Shown here: in pieces, positions 43,392 through 52,591 of the stretch
Position numbering within the stretch: the stretch's first letter is position 1
Layout: every line of letters begins with the position of its first letter
Assembly: GCA_937771065.1 (NCBI GenBank)
Contig: CALJHU010000029.1
Coordinates: forward strand, 3,529-67,528
DNA from: an uncultured Polaribacter sp.
GTDB lineage: Bacteria > Bacteroidota > Bacteroidia > Flavobacteriales > Flavobacteriaceae
Direction of reading: 5' to 3'
DNA: 64,000 nt
The notes under the pieces: model-generated
What the model saw: the letters and a program-made list of their open reading frames with translations, nothing else
What the model was told of the DNA's origin: nothing
The model's database searches: none
Made by a program: the position numbers and the translations under genes

Positions 43392-45025
43392 TACTCCCTA
43401 TCGTAAAATTTAATTAGTTTTTTTAATTGTCTCTTACTCACCTTAATGGAGCTCTTTTTTCTTAAATCTGCAATCCAATCTTTTTCTAAAAAGATTTGAT
43501 AATCATTCATTACCTCCCCTTTTATATTTTTTAATTCTTTTGTACCGTATTTTGCTTTATTATTTGAGAAATAAGTTTTCAAGCCTAAAGTATCTTTAGA
43601 GGATTTATTCCATATTTTTTGCTCCATCAATTCAAATAACAACAAACCATCTTCATATTCTTTTAAAACGTTTGCATACTCTGGTTCTGTGTTTACTAAA
43701 TTCTTTTTATAATATGCTAAAATCTCTTGGTTTTTAAACATTTCAAACAACACATAAATAGGTTTATTTCTTCTATTTTTTACATACTCAACAAAGGTTT
43801 CCTGTTTAATATTGCTATCATTAATAGATATAATATTATTTTGAAGAGAATCTTTTGATATGGTTCTAATATCTTTTCTGTTTAAAATATCTTTAGATTC
43901 TTCATTTTCTACAATTAAATATTGCTTTTTTAATTTATTTATAACGGCGGTTTCAGACATTTGCATTCTAGAACTCCTCTTAATTTTTGCAGTAAGTTCT
44001 TGTTTCATTTCTATAAAAGATCTTATGGGATGTTTTTTAAGAAGCTTTACAATATGCCAACCAAAACGAGTTTTAAACGGTTTAGAAAAATCACCTTCAT
44101 TTTCTAAAGAAAAAGCAGCAATTTCAAATGGTTTCACCATTCTACCTGTACCAAATTTACCTAGTGTACCTCCTTTAGTTTTAGAACCTCTGTCCTCTGA
44201 ATACTCATTCGCTAATTCAGCAAAGATCTCTTTATTCTGAAGCCTTTTATATACTTCATTAATTTTAGCTTTATTATATTTAGTACTGTTTGAAATTAAT
44301 ATATGTGCTGCTTCTATTTCTCCTTTAGCTGCTCTAAAATTGTCAACTTTAAGTATATGGTAGCCAAACTCACTTCTAAATGGCATAGAAACGGCACCAA
44401 CTTCGGTATTGTAAGCTGCATCTTCAAAAGGCGTAACCATATTAAAAGCGCTAAAATAACCGAGGTTACCTTGGTTGCCTTCTGTACCTTTTTTTGCATT
44501 GCCTTGAGCAGAAATATCTTCTGAAGTTTCTACTGCTACTTTTTCAAAATCTTCTCCATTAATAATTCTATTTCTAATGGTTGTAATTTTGTTAAAAGAG
44601 ATGAGTGTATCTTTAGGTGTAGCATCTTTTAAAGTTCTAATTAATATATGTTTTGCTTTTACCTCATTTTTTGTTCTAAGATAAACCTCCTTTACTAATT
44701 CAGCTATAAAAGTAGTGTCCTGCAAATAAGGCGCATCTAGCTGATCTTTATAAGAAGCTATTTCTTTTTTATAAGAAGGTAACGTATCAAATCTTAAAAG
44801 ATATGCCTCTTCTACCTTTAATTTATAATTAATATAAAGTGTTAAGTTATTTGTAACATCTTTAGCTTCTTCGCTGTCTATTGCGTCTAAATTTTTTTCG
44901 TAGATACGTTTAAAATCTGCTATTGTTGTTTTTTCTTTATTGATAGTAACTAAAGTTTTCTCGTTTTGTGAAAAAACATTCATAGCGACTAATAAGGTGC
45001 AAATTGATAAAATATTATTTTTCAT
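43391..45025 (-). CDS. Parvulin-type peptidyl-prolyl isomerase (two rotamase domains)
   Basis: AKHILI, GNLGYF, PFRSEFGYHIL, AAHILI, PFKTRFGWHIV. Confidence 0.9.
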   Translation of the reverse strand: MKNNILSICTLLVAMNVFSQNEKTLVTINKEKTTIADFKRIYEKNLDAIDSEEAKDVTNNLTLYINYKLKVEEAYLLRFDTLPSYKKEIASYKDQLDAPYLQDTTFIAELVKEVYLRTKNEVKAKHILIRTLKDATPKDTLISFNKITTIRNRIINGEDFEKVAVETSEDISAQGNAKKGTEGNQGNLGYFSAFNMVTPFEDAAYNTEVGAVSMPFRSEFGYHILKVDNFRAAKGEIEAAHILISNSTKYNKAKINEVYKRLQNKEIFAELANEYSEDRGSKTKGGTLGKFGTGRMVKPFEIAAFSLENEGDFSKPFKTRFGWHIVKLLKKHPIRSFIEMKQELTAKIKRSSRMQMSETAVINKLKKQYLIVENEESKDILNRKDIRTISKDSLQNNIISINDSNIKQETFVEYVKNRRNKPIYVLFEMFKNQEILAYYKKNLVNTEPEYANVLKEYEDGLLLFELMEQKIWNKSSKDTLGLKTYFSNNKAKYGTKELKNIKGEVMNDYQIFLEKDWIADLRKKSSIKVSKRQLKKLIKFYDRE

Positions 45026-45036
45026 TGTATAATTTA

Positions 45037-45318
45037 TTATAGGGATATAATTCCTTTTATTTTTTCTACTTTTCTGTAATATGCAATAATTTCATCTGAA
45101 GAATTCAATTTCAAAATGATAGAAACACTTACATATTTACCCGTTTTAGAATTTTTTGTATTAATTACTGCACCTGTGTTATTGAAAATACTTTCTACCT
45201 CCATGACTTGATTCTCTGAAGCTGGTACTATAAATTTATACAAATAGTCTGCAGGAAAATCTGTAGTATCATCTAGCTGAATCTTTAATTTACTGTAAAA
45301 ATCATCTTTATCACTCAT
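45037..45318 (-). CDS. DUF493 (YbeD-like) protein
   Basis: FPADYLYKFIV, SKTGKYVSVS. Confidence 0.85.
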   Translation of the reverse strand: MSDKDDFYSKLKIQLDDTTDFPADYLYKFIVPASENQVMEVESIFNNTGAVINTKNSKTGKYVSVSIILKLNSSDEIIAYYRKVEKIKGIISL

Positions 45319-45415
45319 AGATAAGGGTTAAAATCTGCAAAATTGTTTACAAATATTAGGTCACAAAACTACATTAAAAATTAGTTTTATAGACGGAATG
45401 ATTTATTTTTGTAAG

Positions 45416-45955
45416 ATGCAACAAAAAATTGTTCTTATTGGTGGTCCTGGAACAGGGAAAACAACTATTTTAAATGAGCTTATTAAAAGAGATTTCTACT
45501 GTATGCCCGAAGTTTCTAGAAAAGTTATTCTAAAAGCTAAAAAAGAAGGTATTGAGCAACTTTTTTTAACAGAGCCATTACTCTTCAGTAAAATGCTTTT
45601 AGAGGGAAGGGAAGAACAGTACAGAAAAGCCCAAAACTTAAAAGAAGAAATTGTTTTTTTTGATAGGGGAATACCTGACGTACATGCATATATGAATTAT
45701 TTTAATACGATATATCCTGATTATTTTATTGAAAAAAGCAACACCTACAAATATACCAAAATTTTTCATTTTTCTCCTTGGAAAGAAATTCATATCACAG
45801 ATAATGAACGCTATGAATCTTTTGAGGAATCTGTAAAGATTGATACTTTTCTCATAACAGCGTATTCAGAATTAGGGTATAAGTTAATTAATGTCCCTTT
45901 TGGTTCTGTTGAAGAACGTACGAATTTTATTGTTAATTCGCTTTCTTGCGAATGA
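45416..45955 (+). CDS. P-loop ATPase (NadR/Ttd14-like AAA_28)
   Basis: GGPGTGKTT, FFDRGIPD, DNERYESF. Confidence 0.8.
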   Translation: MQQKIVLIGGPGTGKTTILNELIKRDFYCMPEVSRKVILKAKKEGIEQLFLTEPLLFSKMLLEGREEQYRKAQNLKEEIVFFDRGIPDVHAYMNYFNTIYPDYFIEKSNTYKYTKIFHFSPWKEIHITDNERYESFEESVKIDTFLITAYSELGYKLINVPFGSVEERTNFIVNSLSCE

Positions 45956-47847
45956 TGGTTTCATCAGAAAAAATATTAGCAGAATATTGGGGCTTTACTT
46001 CTTTTAGAGCACCTCAAAAAGAAATTATAACCTGTGTCATAGAAAACAGAGACGCCATTGCGTTGTTGCCTACTGGAGGCGGAAAATCTATTTGCTTTCA
46101 AATACCTGCTTTAGCAAAAAAAGGTGTTTGTATTGTTATTTCGCCTTTAATTGCACTCATGCAAGACCAAGTATCAAATCTTAAAAAGAGAAACATTAAG
46201 GCTGTTACAATTCCATCTGGCAGCAACCATAATGAAATTGTAACACTATTTGATCAAATTAAATTTGGAAAAGTAAAATTCTTATACATTTCTCCAGAAA
46301 GGTTACAGTCTCCTTTAATTCAGCAAAAAATAAAAGAATTAGATGTAAACTTAATTGCTATAGATGAAGCACATTGCATCTCAGAATGGGGCCACGACTT
46401 TAGGCCTTCTTACAGGAATATTAAAATTTTAAAAGAAATACTACCGGTTGTTCCTTTTATTGCTTTAACCGCTACTGCTAACAAAAAGGTGCTTGCAGAC
46501 ATTTCAAATAACTTACAGCTTTTTAATCAACAGACATTTAAAAAATCTTTTTTTAGAGAAAATTTAGCATACCAAGTTTTTAAAATTGAAGACAAACTAG
46601 GCAGGTTGCTACAAATTTTCACAAAAACAAAAGTTCCTGCTATTATTTATGTAAACTCAAGAAAAAAAACAGAAGAACTTGCCAACTTCTTAAATGCAAA
46701 TAATTTTAAAAGCACATTTTACCATGCAGGTTTGTCTGCCTTAGAGAAACGAACTGCTTTTAACGATTGGATGACTGAAAAAAAACCCATTATTATTGCT
46801 ACAAATGCTTTTGGAATGGGAATAGACAAACCAAATGTAGGTTTAGTAATTCATTATAATTTACCTTCTAGTACAGAAAACTACGTTCAAGAAACAGGAA
46901 GAGCTGGCAGAAATGAAGAAAAATCTTTTGGTGTGTTATTATATAATGAGAATGATATTTATTTACAGCAGCAACAAACAGAAAACTCTATACCTAGTAT
47001 TTTAGAGGTTAAAGCAGTTCATCAAAAATTATATCAGTTTTTTAGAATTGCAAACGGAGAGCTTTTAGACGAAACCTTCTCATTTAATTTCCTTGAATTC
47101 TGTAAAAAATATAATTTTCAAGTTTTAAAAACAGATATAATTCTAAAGCTATTGGTTAATTACGGAATTATTGAGATGAATACTAGTTTCAATAAAAGAG
47201 CTACCTTAAAAGTTATTGGAACGCACTACACGGTTTTAAATTTCTCTAAAAACAACAACGCTTTTAAGAATTTTATAAATGTACTTTTAAGAACATACGG
47301 TGGGCTTTTTGAAGATGAAATAAAAATAGATGAGTTTTTTCTTGCTAAAAAAGCAGGTATTACTTCTACTCAAGTAATAAAGAACTTGAAAATATTAGAA
47401 GAACAACACTTAGTAACCTACACTCCGGTAAACGGAACTATTTCTTTAACTTTCTTATTGCCAAGGGAAGATGATAAAACAATTAATCGCTTTTCTAAAG
47501 AAATAAAACAGTTCTTATATTTAAAGAAAGAAAAAGCTATACATTTTATAAAGTTTGTTACTAATAATAAAGTTTGTAGAAGTACACAATTACTTTCTTA
47601 TTTTGATGAAGAGAAAGAAAACACGTGTGGTATTTGCGACGTTTGTATTGGAAATAAAAAAATAGAGACAAAACACCTATCATCAAAAATAATTGCTCTT
47701 TTAAAAGAAAAAAGACAATTATCTTCAAAAGAAATTAGTAGTCTTTTAAATATTATTGAAAAAGACATTTTAATACATTTGCACGTTTTGTTATCTGAAG
47801 ACGAGATAGCAATCAATAATCAAAATAAATTTCAACTAAAAATATAA
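45952..47847 (+). CDS. recQ: RecQ-family DNA helicase
   Basis: PTGGGKS, DEAHCISEWGHDFRP, TATA, QETGRAGR, CGICDVC zinc motif. Confidence 0.92.
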   Translation: MMVSSEKILAEYWGFTSFRAPQKEIITCVIENRDAIALLPTGGGKSICFQIPALAKKGVCIVISPLIALMQDQVSNLKKRNIKAVTIPSGSNHNEIVTLFDQIKFGKVKFLYISPERLQSPLIQQKIKELDVNLIAIDEAHCISEWGHDFRPSYRNIKILKEILPVVPFIALTATANKKVLADISNNLQLFNQQTFKKSFFRENLAYQVFKIEDKLGRLLQIFTKTKVPAIIYVNSRKKTEELANFLNANNFKSTFYHAGLSALEKRTAFNDWMTEKKPIIIATNAFGMGIDKPNVGLVIHYNLPSSTENYVQETGRAGRNEEKSFGVLLYNENDIYLQQQQTENSIPSILEVKAVHQKLYQFFRIANGELLDETFSFNFLEFCKKYNFQVLKTDIILKLLVNYGIIEMNTSFNKRATLKVIGTHYTVLNFSKNNNAFKNFINVLLRTYGGLFEDEIKIDEFFLAKKAGITSTQVIKNLKILEEQHLVTYTPVNGTISLTFLLPREDDKTINRFSKEIKQFLYLKKEKAIHFIKFVTNNKVCRSTQLLSYFDEEKENTCGICDVCIGNKKIETKHLSSKIIALLKEKRQLSSKEISSLLNIIEKDILIHLHVLLSEDEIAINNQNKFQLKI

Positions 47848-47849
47848 TT

Positions 47850-48794
47850 ATGAGAGATTTGCGCATCATTTTTATGGGCACACCAGATTTTGCTGTAACC
47901 ATTTTAAAACATTTAGTAGAAAATAAGTATACTATCGCTGGTGTTATTACTGCACCAGATAAACCAGCAGGAAGAGGAAGAAAACTAAATGAATCTGCAG
48001 TAAAAAAATATGCCCACTCTCAAAACCTAAATATTCTACAACCTATTAATTTAAAGAATGAAAACTTCTTGCAAGAGTTAAAGGCTATAAATGCTAATTT
48101 ACAAATTGTGGTTGCTTTTAGAATGTTGCCAAAAGCAGTTTGGAAAATGCCAGAATTTGGTACCTTTAATTTACATGCTTCTTTGTTACCTTCCTATAGA
48201 GGTGCTGCTCCTATACATTGGGCTATTATTAATGGAGAAACAAAAACAGGCGCTACTAGTTTCTTTATTGATGATAAAATTGATACCGGTGAAATTATCC
48301 TACAAGAGGAAATTAATATTCTAGCTGATGAAACTGTTGGCACGCTGCACGACAAATTAATGCATTTAGGTGCAACCTTAGTTTCTAAAACAGTAGATTA
48401 TATTAGTAAGGGGAATGTAAAGACAACTAAACAACCAGATTTAGAAGAAAAATCTGCTTCTAAATTAAGTCCCGATAACACGAGAATAGACTGGTCTGAT
48501 TCTTTAGATAGTATTTATAATAAAATTAGAGGTTTAAATCCTTTTCCTGCAGCTTGGACACTTATTAAAAATAACGACGAAGAAATTTCCACCAAAATTT
48601 ATGCTGTTAAAAAAGAAATAGCAAATCATAATTTTACCTTTGGAAGAATAATAGCTACCAAAAAGGAATTAAAAGTAGCTGTTAGTAAAGGATACATAAT
48701 CATAGAAGAAATTAAACTTTCTGGTAAGAAAAAAATGGATGCTAAAAGTTTACTAAATGGGTATTCTTTCTCCTCAGAAGCTAAAATGTTGTAA
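47850..48794 (+). CDS. fmt: Methionyl-tRNA formyltransferase
   Basis: FMGTPDFA, PDKPAGRG, NLHASLLP..RGAAPI. Confidence 0.96.
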   Translation: MRDLRIIFMGTPDFAVTILKHLVENKYTIAGVITAPDKPAGRGRKLNESAVKKYAHSQNLNILQPINLKNENFLQELKAINANLQIVVAFRMLPKAVWKMPEFGTFNLHASLLPSYRGAAPIHWAIINGETKTGATSFFIDDKIDTGEIILQEEINILADETVGTLHDKLMHLGATLVSKTVDYISKGNVKTTKQPDLEEKSASKLSPDNTRIDWSDSLDSIYNKIRGLNPFPAAWTLIKNNDEEISTKIYAVKKEIANHNFTFGRIIATKKELKVAVSKGYIIIEEIKLSGKKKMDAKSLLNGYSFSSEAKML

Positions 48795-48983
48795 AGCCTT
48801 TATGAGTGGGGTTTGTAGCGTTTTTCGATTTACAACACTAGGTTTGTTAACAATTGACCTACTTTTATTAACAAAAAGAGGCTTTTTTAGCACTCAAATT
48901 TGCGTAAGCCCACAATCCGTCTATATTTGTTAAGCTATTAAGCAAAAAACAACATTATTTAATAATTAAAAAATCAATTTATT

Positions 48984-49256
48984 ATGAACAAATCAGATTT
49001 AATCGATGCAATCGCTGCTGACGCAGGAATTTCTAAAGTAGCTGCTAAAGCAGCATTAGAATCTTTTACAGGTAACGTAACATCTTCTTTAAAGAAAGGT
49101 GAAAAAGTTGCTTTAGTTGGTTTCGGAACTTTCTCTGTATCTAATAGAGCTGCAAGAAGTGGAAGAAATCCTCAAACTGGAAAAACAATTCAAATTGCTG
49201 CTAAAAATGTAGCAAAGTTTAAAGCAGGAGCTGGATTAAGCGAAGCTGTAAACTAA
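48984..49256 (+). CDS. hup: DNA-binding protein HU
   Basis: [27 protein letters not shown]. Confidence 0.95.
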   Translation: MNKSDLIDAIAADAGISKVAAKAALESFTGNVTSSLKKGEKVALVGFGTFSVSNRAARSGRNPQTGKTIQIAAKNVAKFKAGAGLSEAVN

Positions 49257-49278
49257 GAATTACAGTTTTAAATTATAT

Positions 49279-49307
49279 AAAAACTCTCTTCTCAGAGAGT
49301 TTTTTTT
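49279..49307 (+). terminator. Terminator after HU
   Basis: aaaaactctct / agagagttttt hairpin with T tail. Confidence 0.75.
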
Positions 49308-49344
49308 ATTTAAAATTTTCATTATATTTAATATAAAAAATTAC

Positions 49345-49902
49345 ATGTCTAAACTACACCCTAAAAAAGGTAGATTATTAGTTGCAGAACCCGCCATTCT
49401 AAATGACAATTCTTTTAATAGAGCCATTGTCTTATTAACTGAGCATACAGCAACTAACTCTGTAGGTTTTATTTTAAATAAACCATTAGAGTATAGTATT
49501 AACGATTTATTACCAGATATAAATTGTTCTTTTAACATCTATCAAGGTGGCCCTGTAGAACAAGATAACTTATACTTTGTGCATAGAATACCCCAACTAT
49601 TAGATGATAGTGTAGAGGTTTCAAATGGTGTTTTTTGGGGTGGGAATTTTGAACAGCTCAAAAATTTATTAAACGAAGGAACACTAGCAGCATCTGAAAT
49701 TCGCTTTTTTCTAGGATATTCTGGTTGGGACAAAAATCAACTAACAGAAGAACTAGAAGAGAATTCTTGGTTTGTTGCAGAAAATGATTTTGACAATATC
49801 TTTTCTAATGACGAAGAGAGTCTTTGGAAAAATAAATTGCTAGAAAAAGGTGGAAATTATAAGCTTTGGGCAAATGCACCAAAAGATTTTAACCTCAACT
49901 AA
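49345..49902 (+). CDS. YqgE/AlgH family protein
   Basis: GFILNKP, GGPV, FLGYSGW, W..LL..GG. Confidence 0.9.
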   Translation: MSKLHPKKGRLLVAEPAILNDNSFNRAIVLLTEHTATNSVGFILNKPLEYSINDLLPDINCSFNIYQGGPVEQDNLYFVHRIPQLLDDSVEVSNGVFWGGNFEQLKNLLNEGTLAASEIRFFLGYSGWDKNQLTEELEENSWFVAENDFDNIFSNDEESLWKNKLLEKGGNYKLWANAPKDFNLN

Positions 49903-50732
49903 ATTCCTGTAACCTGTAAAACTTTTAAGCTAGCATGTAATTTACCTGCTAAATCTGTATTAAAAGACTTCTTCTTATATTTAGTTACTGCTTGAATACC
50001 CATAATTGCATTGGTAATAAAAACCTCGTCTGCTTTTTGAATTTCAAAAGGAGAAATAACAGTCTCTTCAATAGTAAAATCCTTGTTTTTAATCAAAAGA
50101 TCTATCACCTTACCTCTAACAACACCTTTAATGCAACCTTCCGTTAAAGAAGGTGTTTTAACAATATTATTCTTAACAATAAAGATATTTGCATTGGCTA
50201 CCTCTACAACACCTTTGCGCTCATTAACTAGAATACAATTATCCAGATCGTTTTCATTGGCATAAATACTTGCCAATGTGTTTAGCATTCTATTATTTGT
50301 TTTTATTGTAGATAACAGACCAGAATAATTGTAAAAATCCTTAAAAACATCTATTTCGTAAGTTTCTTTAGTTTTATAATTATTTTCAGATACTTCAATA
50401 AGATAATCAATAGCATTCGTTTTTGGAGTGTACAAACCACCGTCTTTTCTAAAAACATTTAAACGAACTCGAAAGCTAGCACCGTCTTCTAAAACAGCTA
50501 CTGTTTTTAAAATTTCTTTTTCTAAGAATTCTAATGTAAACTCCATCGGAATTTTCATACGTAACATTCTCATAGATGCCATTAATCTAAAATAATGGTC
50601 TTCCCAAAAAATTACTTTTTTGTGTACTACTTTGATCGTTTCAAAAATGCCGTCTCCGTATTTAAAACCTCTATTATCTGTAGTTAATTTTATGTTTTCT
50701 TTGAATAATAATTCGCCGTTAAAATTAATCAT
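49899..50732 (-). CDS. Class IV aminotransferase (PabC-like)
   Basis: RGFKYGDGIFETI, H..RL, IKT, GCIKGVVR, ADEVFITN. Confidence 0.85.
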   Translation of the reverse strand: MINFNGELLFKENIKLTTDNRGFKYGDGIFETIKVVHKKVIFWEDHYFRLMASMRMLRMKIPMEFTLEFLEKEILKTVAVLEDGASFRVRLNVFRKDGGLYTPKTNAIDYLIEVSENNYKTKETYEIDVFKDFYNYSGLLSTIKTNNRMLNTLASIYANENDLDNCILVNERKGVVEVANANIFIVKNNIVKTPSLTEGCIKGVVRGKVIDLLIKNKDFTIEETVISPFEIQKADEVFITNAIMGIQAVTKYKKKSFNTDLAGKLHASLKVLQVTGI

Positions 50733-50786
50733 TACTTTATTTTTAAGAATTACAAAATTACTACAATTACTTAGATTTTAAACATA

Positions 50787-50813
50787 AAAAAACCAGCAAT
50801 TCTGCTGGTTTTT
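50787..50813 (-). terminator. Terminator after the START-like gene
   Basis: aaaaaccagca / tgctggttttt hairpin. Confidence 0.75.
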
Positions 50814-50833
50814 AATATTCTTTTTAGTATACC

Positions 50834-51217
50834 TTAAGCACCAATTGTATGTCTTAATTCTTCTATTTGATTCTCCCAAAGTTGTTTAGATTCCTCTACT
50901 TCATCTTCATCGTCTGCAAAATCTGTAACAATTAAAGAAACATCTTTTGTTAAAGCATCTACTTCAATTCTAATTTCAAAAAAGCTGTCGTCACCCTCAC
51001 TTTCTAACCATTTCCAACGAATTCTTTCGTTTGCCTTTTTTGTTACTAATTCAGCTAACTCTTCAGTTCCTTCCCATACAAAACTAAATATTTTACCTCT
51101 AGAGTTTACCTTGTCTGCAAACCACTCTTGTAAATTAGAAGGCGAAGAAATATATTGATACAGCATGTTTGGAGATGCATGAATAGGAATTTCTAATTCA
51201 AATTGTATTTTTTCCAT
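50834..51217 (-). CDS. START-like (SRPBCC) domain protein
   Basis: LYQYISSPSNLQEWFADKV, VTDFA, LWENQI. Confidence 0.8.
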   Translation of the reverse strand: MEKIQFELEIPIHASPNMLYQYISSPSNLQEWFADKVNSRGKIFSFVWEGTEELAELVTKKANERIRWKWLESEGDDSFFEIRIEVDALTKDVSLIVTDFADDEDEVEESKQLWENQIEELRHTIGA

Positions 51218-51327
51218 TATTAATTTTGTTAAGCGAGCAATATAGCTATTAATTCTATGTAAAAAAAATTAAAAACACATGTTGATAATCTATAAAAAGT
51301 AATTATATTTGCACTCGCAAAAACAAT

Positions 51328-51401
51328 GGCGAGGTAGCTCAGTTGGTTAGAGCGCAGGATTCATAACCCTGAGGTCACGGGTTCAAATCCCGTTCTCGCT
51401 A
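51328..51401 (+). tRNA. tRNA-Met (CAT), elongator type; CCA not encoded
   Basis: Cloverleaf GGCGAGG...TT-CAT-AA...GTTCAAATC...TCTCGCT-A; TATATTTG at 51304-51311. Confidence 0.93.
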
Positions 51402-51424
51402 CAAATTTTAACCAATTACAAAAC

Positions 51425-51457
51425 AACAGTTTAGTTCACTCTAAACTGTTTTTTTTT
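51425..51457 (+). terminator. Terminator after tRNA-Met
   Basis: aacagtttag / ctaaactgtt stem with T tail. Confidence 0.8.
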
Positions 51458-51765
51458 GCTTTACATTTAAGTTTTATTACCCTCCTTTTCAAAATTAAAC
51501 ACAATTTATAATAGGAACAACTAACGTCGTCTAAGAGTATTAGATAAAGGCTAGTGCAAGCATCTTTCTCTCATTATAATGAGTTAAAGATATTATTGAA
51601 ATAAATATTGGTATGGATTAGAAATCTGCATTATCGGTTTTTATATAAATAAATTATAATACTAGTCATTTAAAAGAAAAAATAAGATGACAAGTATAAC
51701 CACACTAATACTAGTTTTTAACGAATAGCATTCCGTGTGTCTCCTCCTAAAAAACATCAAAAACC

Positions 51766-52539
51766 TTAAACTAAAGATTTCTTTAAAGCTTCTAACTCTA
51801 CTCCTAAGCCGTTAAACATCTGTATAATGCTACTCAGCTTTAACTCATGTTCTTCATATTCTTGTGTGTTAATGCTACAGGTAAATTTCCATAATTCTAA
51901 AACCTCAGTAACAGGTACTTCGTAAGCTTGGTAACTTGAGTTGTCTGGCTTCAATAAAAAAGATTGCTTCTCTTCTATTAAATTGTCCAATCTCTTGTAT
52001 GTCATTCCATCATCTTTTGTCACAACAATATAAGAGTACCCACTTTTTGCATTTTTAATATCCTCTACAAATTCTGCAACTACATAAGAACCATCTTTCA
52101 TTGGCAGCATAGAATCTCCTTTTATGGGAAAAGCCCTATGTTTTCCGGTAGGTAAAAAGGGCAACTTTATTTTTTCTAATTGTTCTATATATTCTGGGTC
52201 GTCATATCCTAATAAATACCCTGCAGATGCTTTAGAAGGAATAATTTCAATTAAATTCTCATTGTCATGATCTACCGTGATAGGAAACAATACTCTTTTA
52301 TTTCCTACTTCAATAAAGGAAACATCTTTTGCTTTTGTCAAATCGTTTTTTATGATAATATCAATTGGAATCCTAAAATATGCAGAAAAATCAATTAAAA
52401 AATCGATGGTTGGTGAAGACCGATTCTCTTCATAAGAACTTATTCTTGATCTTGTTACAGATAACTCTTCTGCCAAAGACTCTTGTGTTAACTTCTTTAA
52501 CCCTCTTAAATGTTTTATATTTTTTGATAAATTATTCAT
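51766..52539 (-). CDS. XRE-HTH + S24 peptidase repressor (LexA/cI-like, self-cleaving)
   Basis: HTH LTQESLAEELSVTRSRISSYE; scissile Ala-Gly in ASAGY; Ser in GDSMLP; Lys in TYKRL. Confidence 0.9.
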   Translation of the reverse strand: MNNLSKNIKHLRGLKKLTQESLAEELSVTRSRISSYEENRSSPTIDFLIDFSAYFRIPIDIIIKNDLTKAKDVSFIEVGNKRVLFPITVDHDNENLIEIIPSKASAGYLLGYDDPEYIEQLEKIKLPFLPTGKHRAFPIKGDSMLPMKDGSYVVAEFVEDIKNAKSGYSYIVVTKDDGMTYKRLDNLIEEKQSFLLKPDNSSYQAYEVPVTEVLELWKFTCSINTQEYEEHELKLSSIIQMFNGLGVELEALKKSLV

Positions 52540-52591
52540 AATGCTACAATATTGAGCAACAAATGTACGAATTTGTAGCTAATTTTGCACT
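52540..52591. promoter_or_regulatory. Divergent promoters with candidate repressor operator
   Basis: TACATTTG (minus, 52560-52567) and TAATTTTG (plus, 52580-52587); inverted repeat agcaacaaat-N6-atttgtagct. Confidence 0.65.

Noticed and set aside
51716-51750. AGGAGG followed by ATG on the minus strand downstream of the repressor
   Set aside because: Gives only a 6-codon ORF (MLFVKN), and SD motifs are rarely used in this phylum
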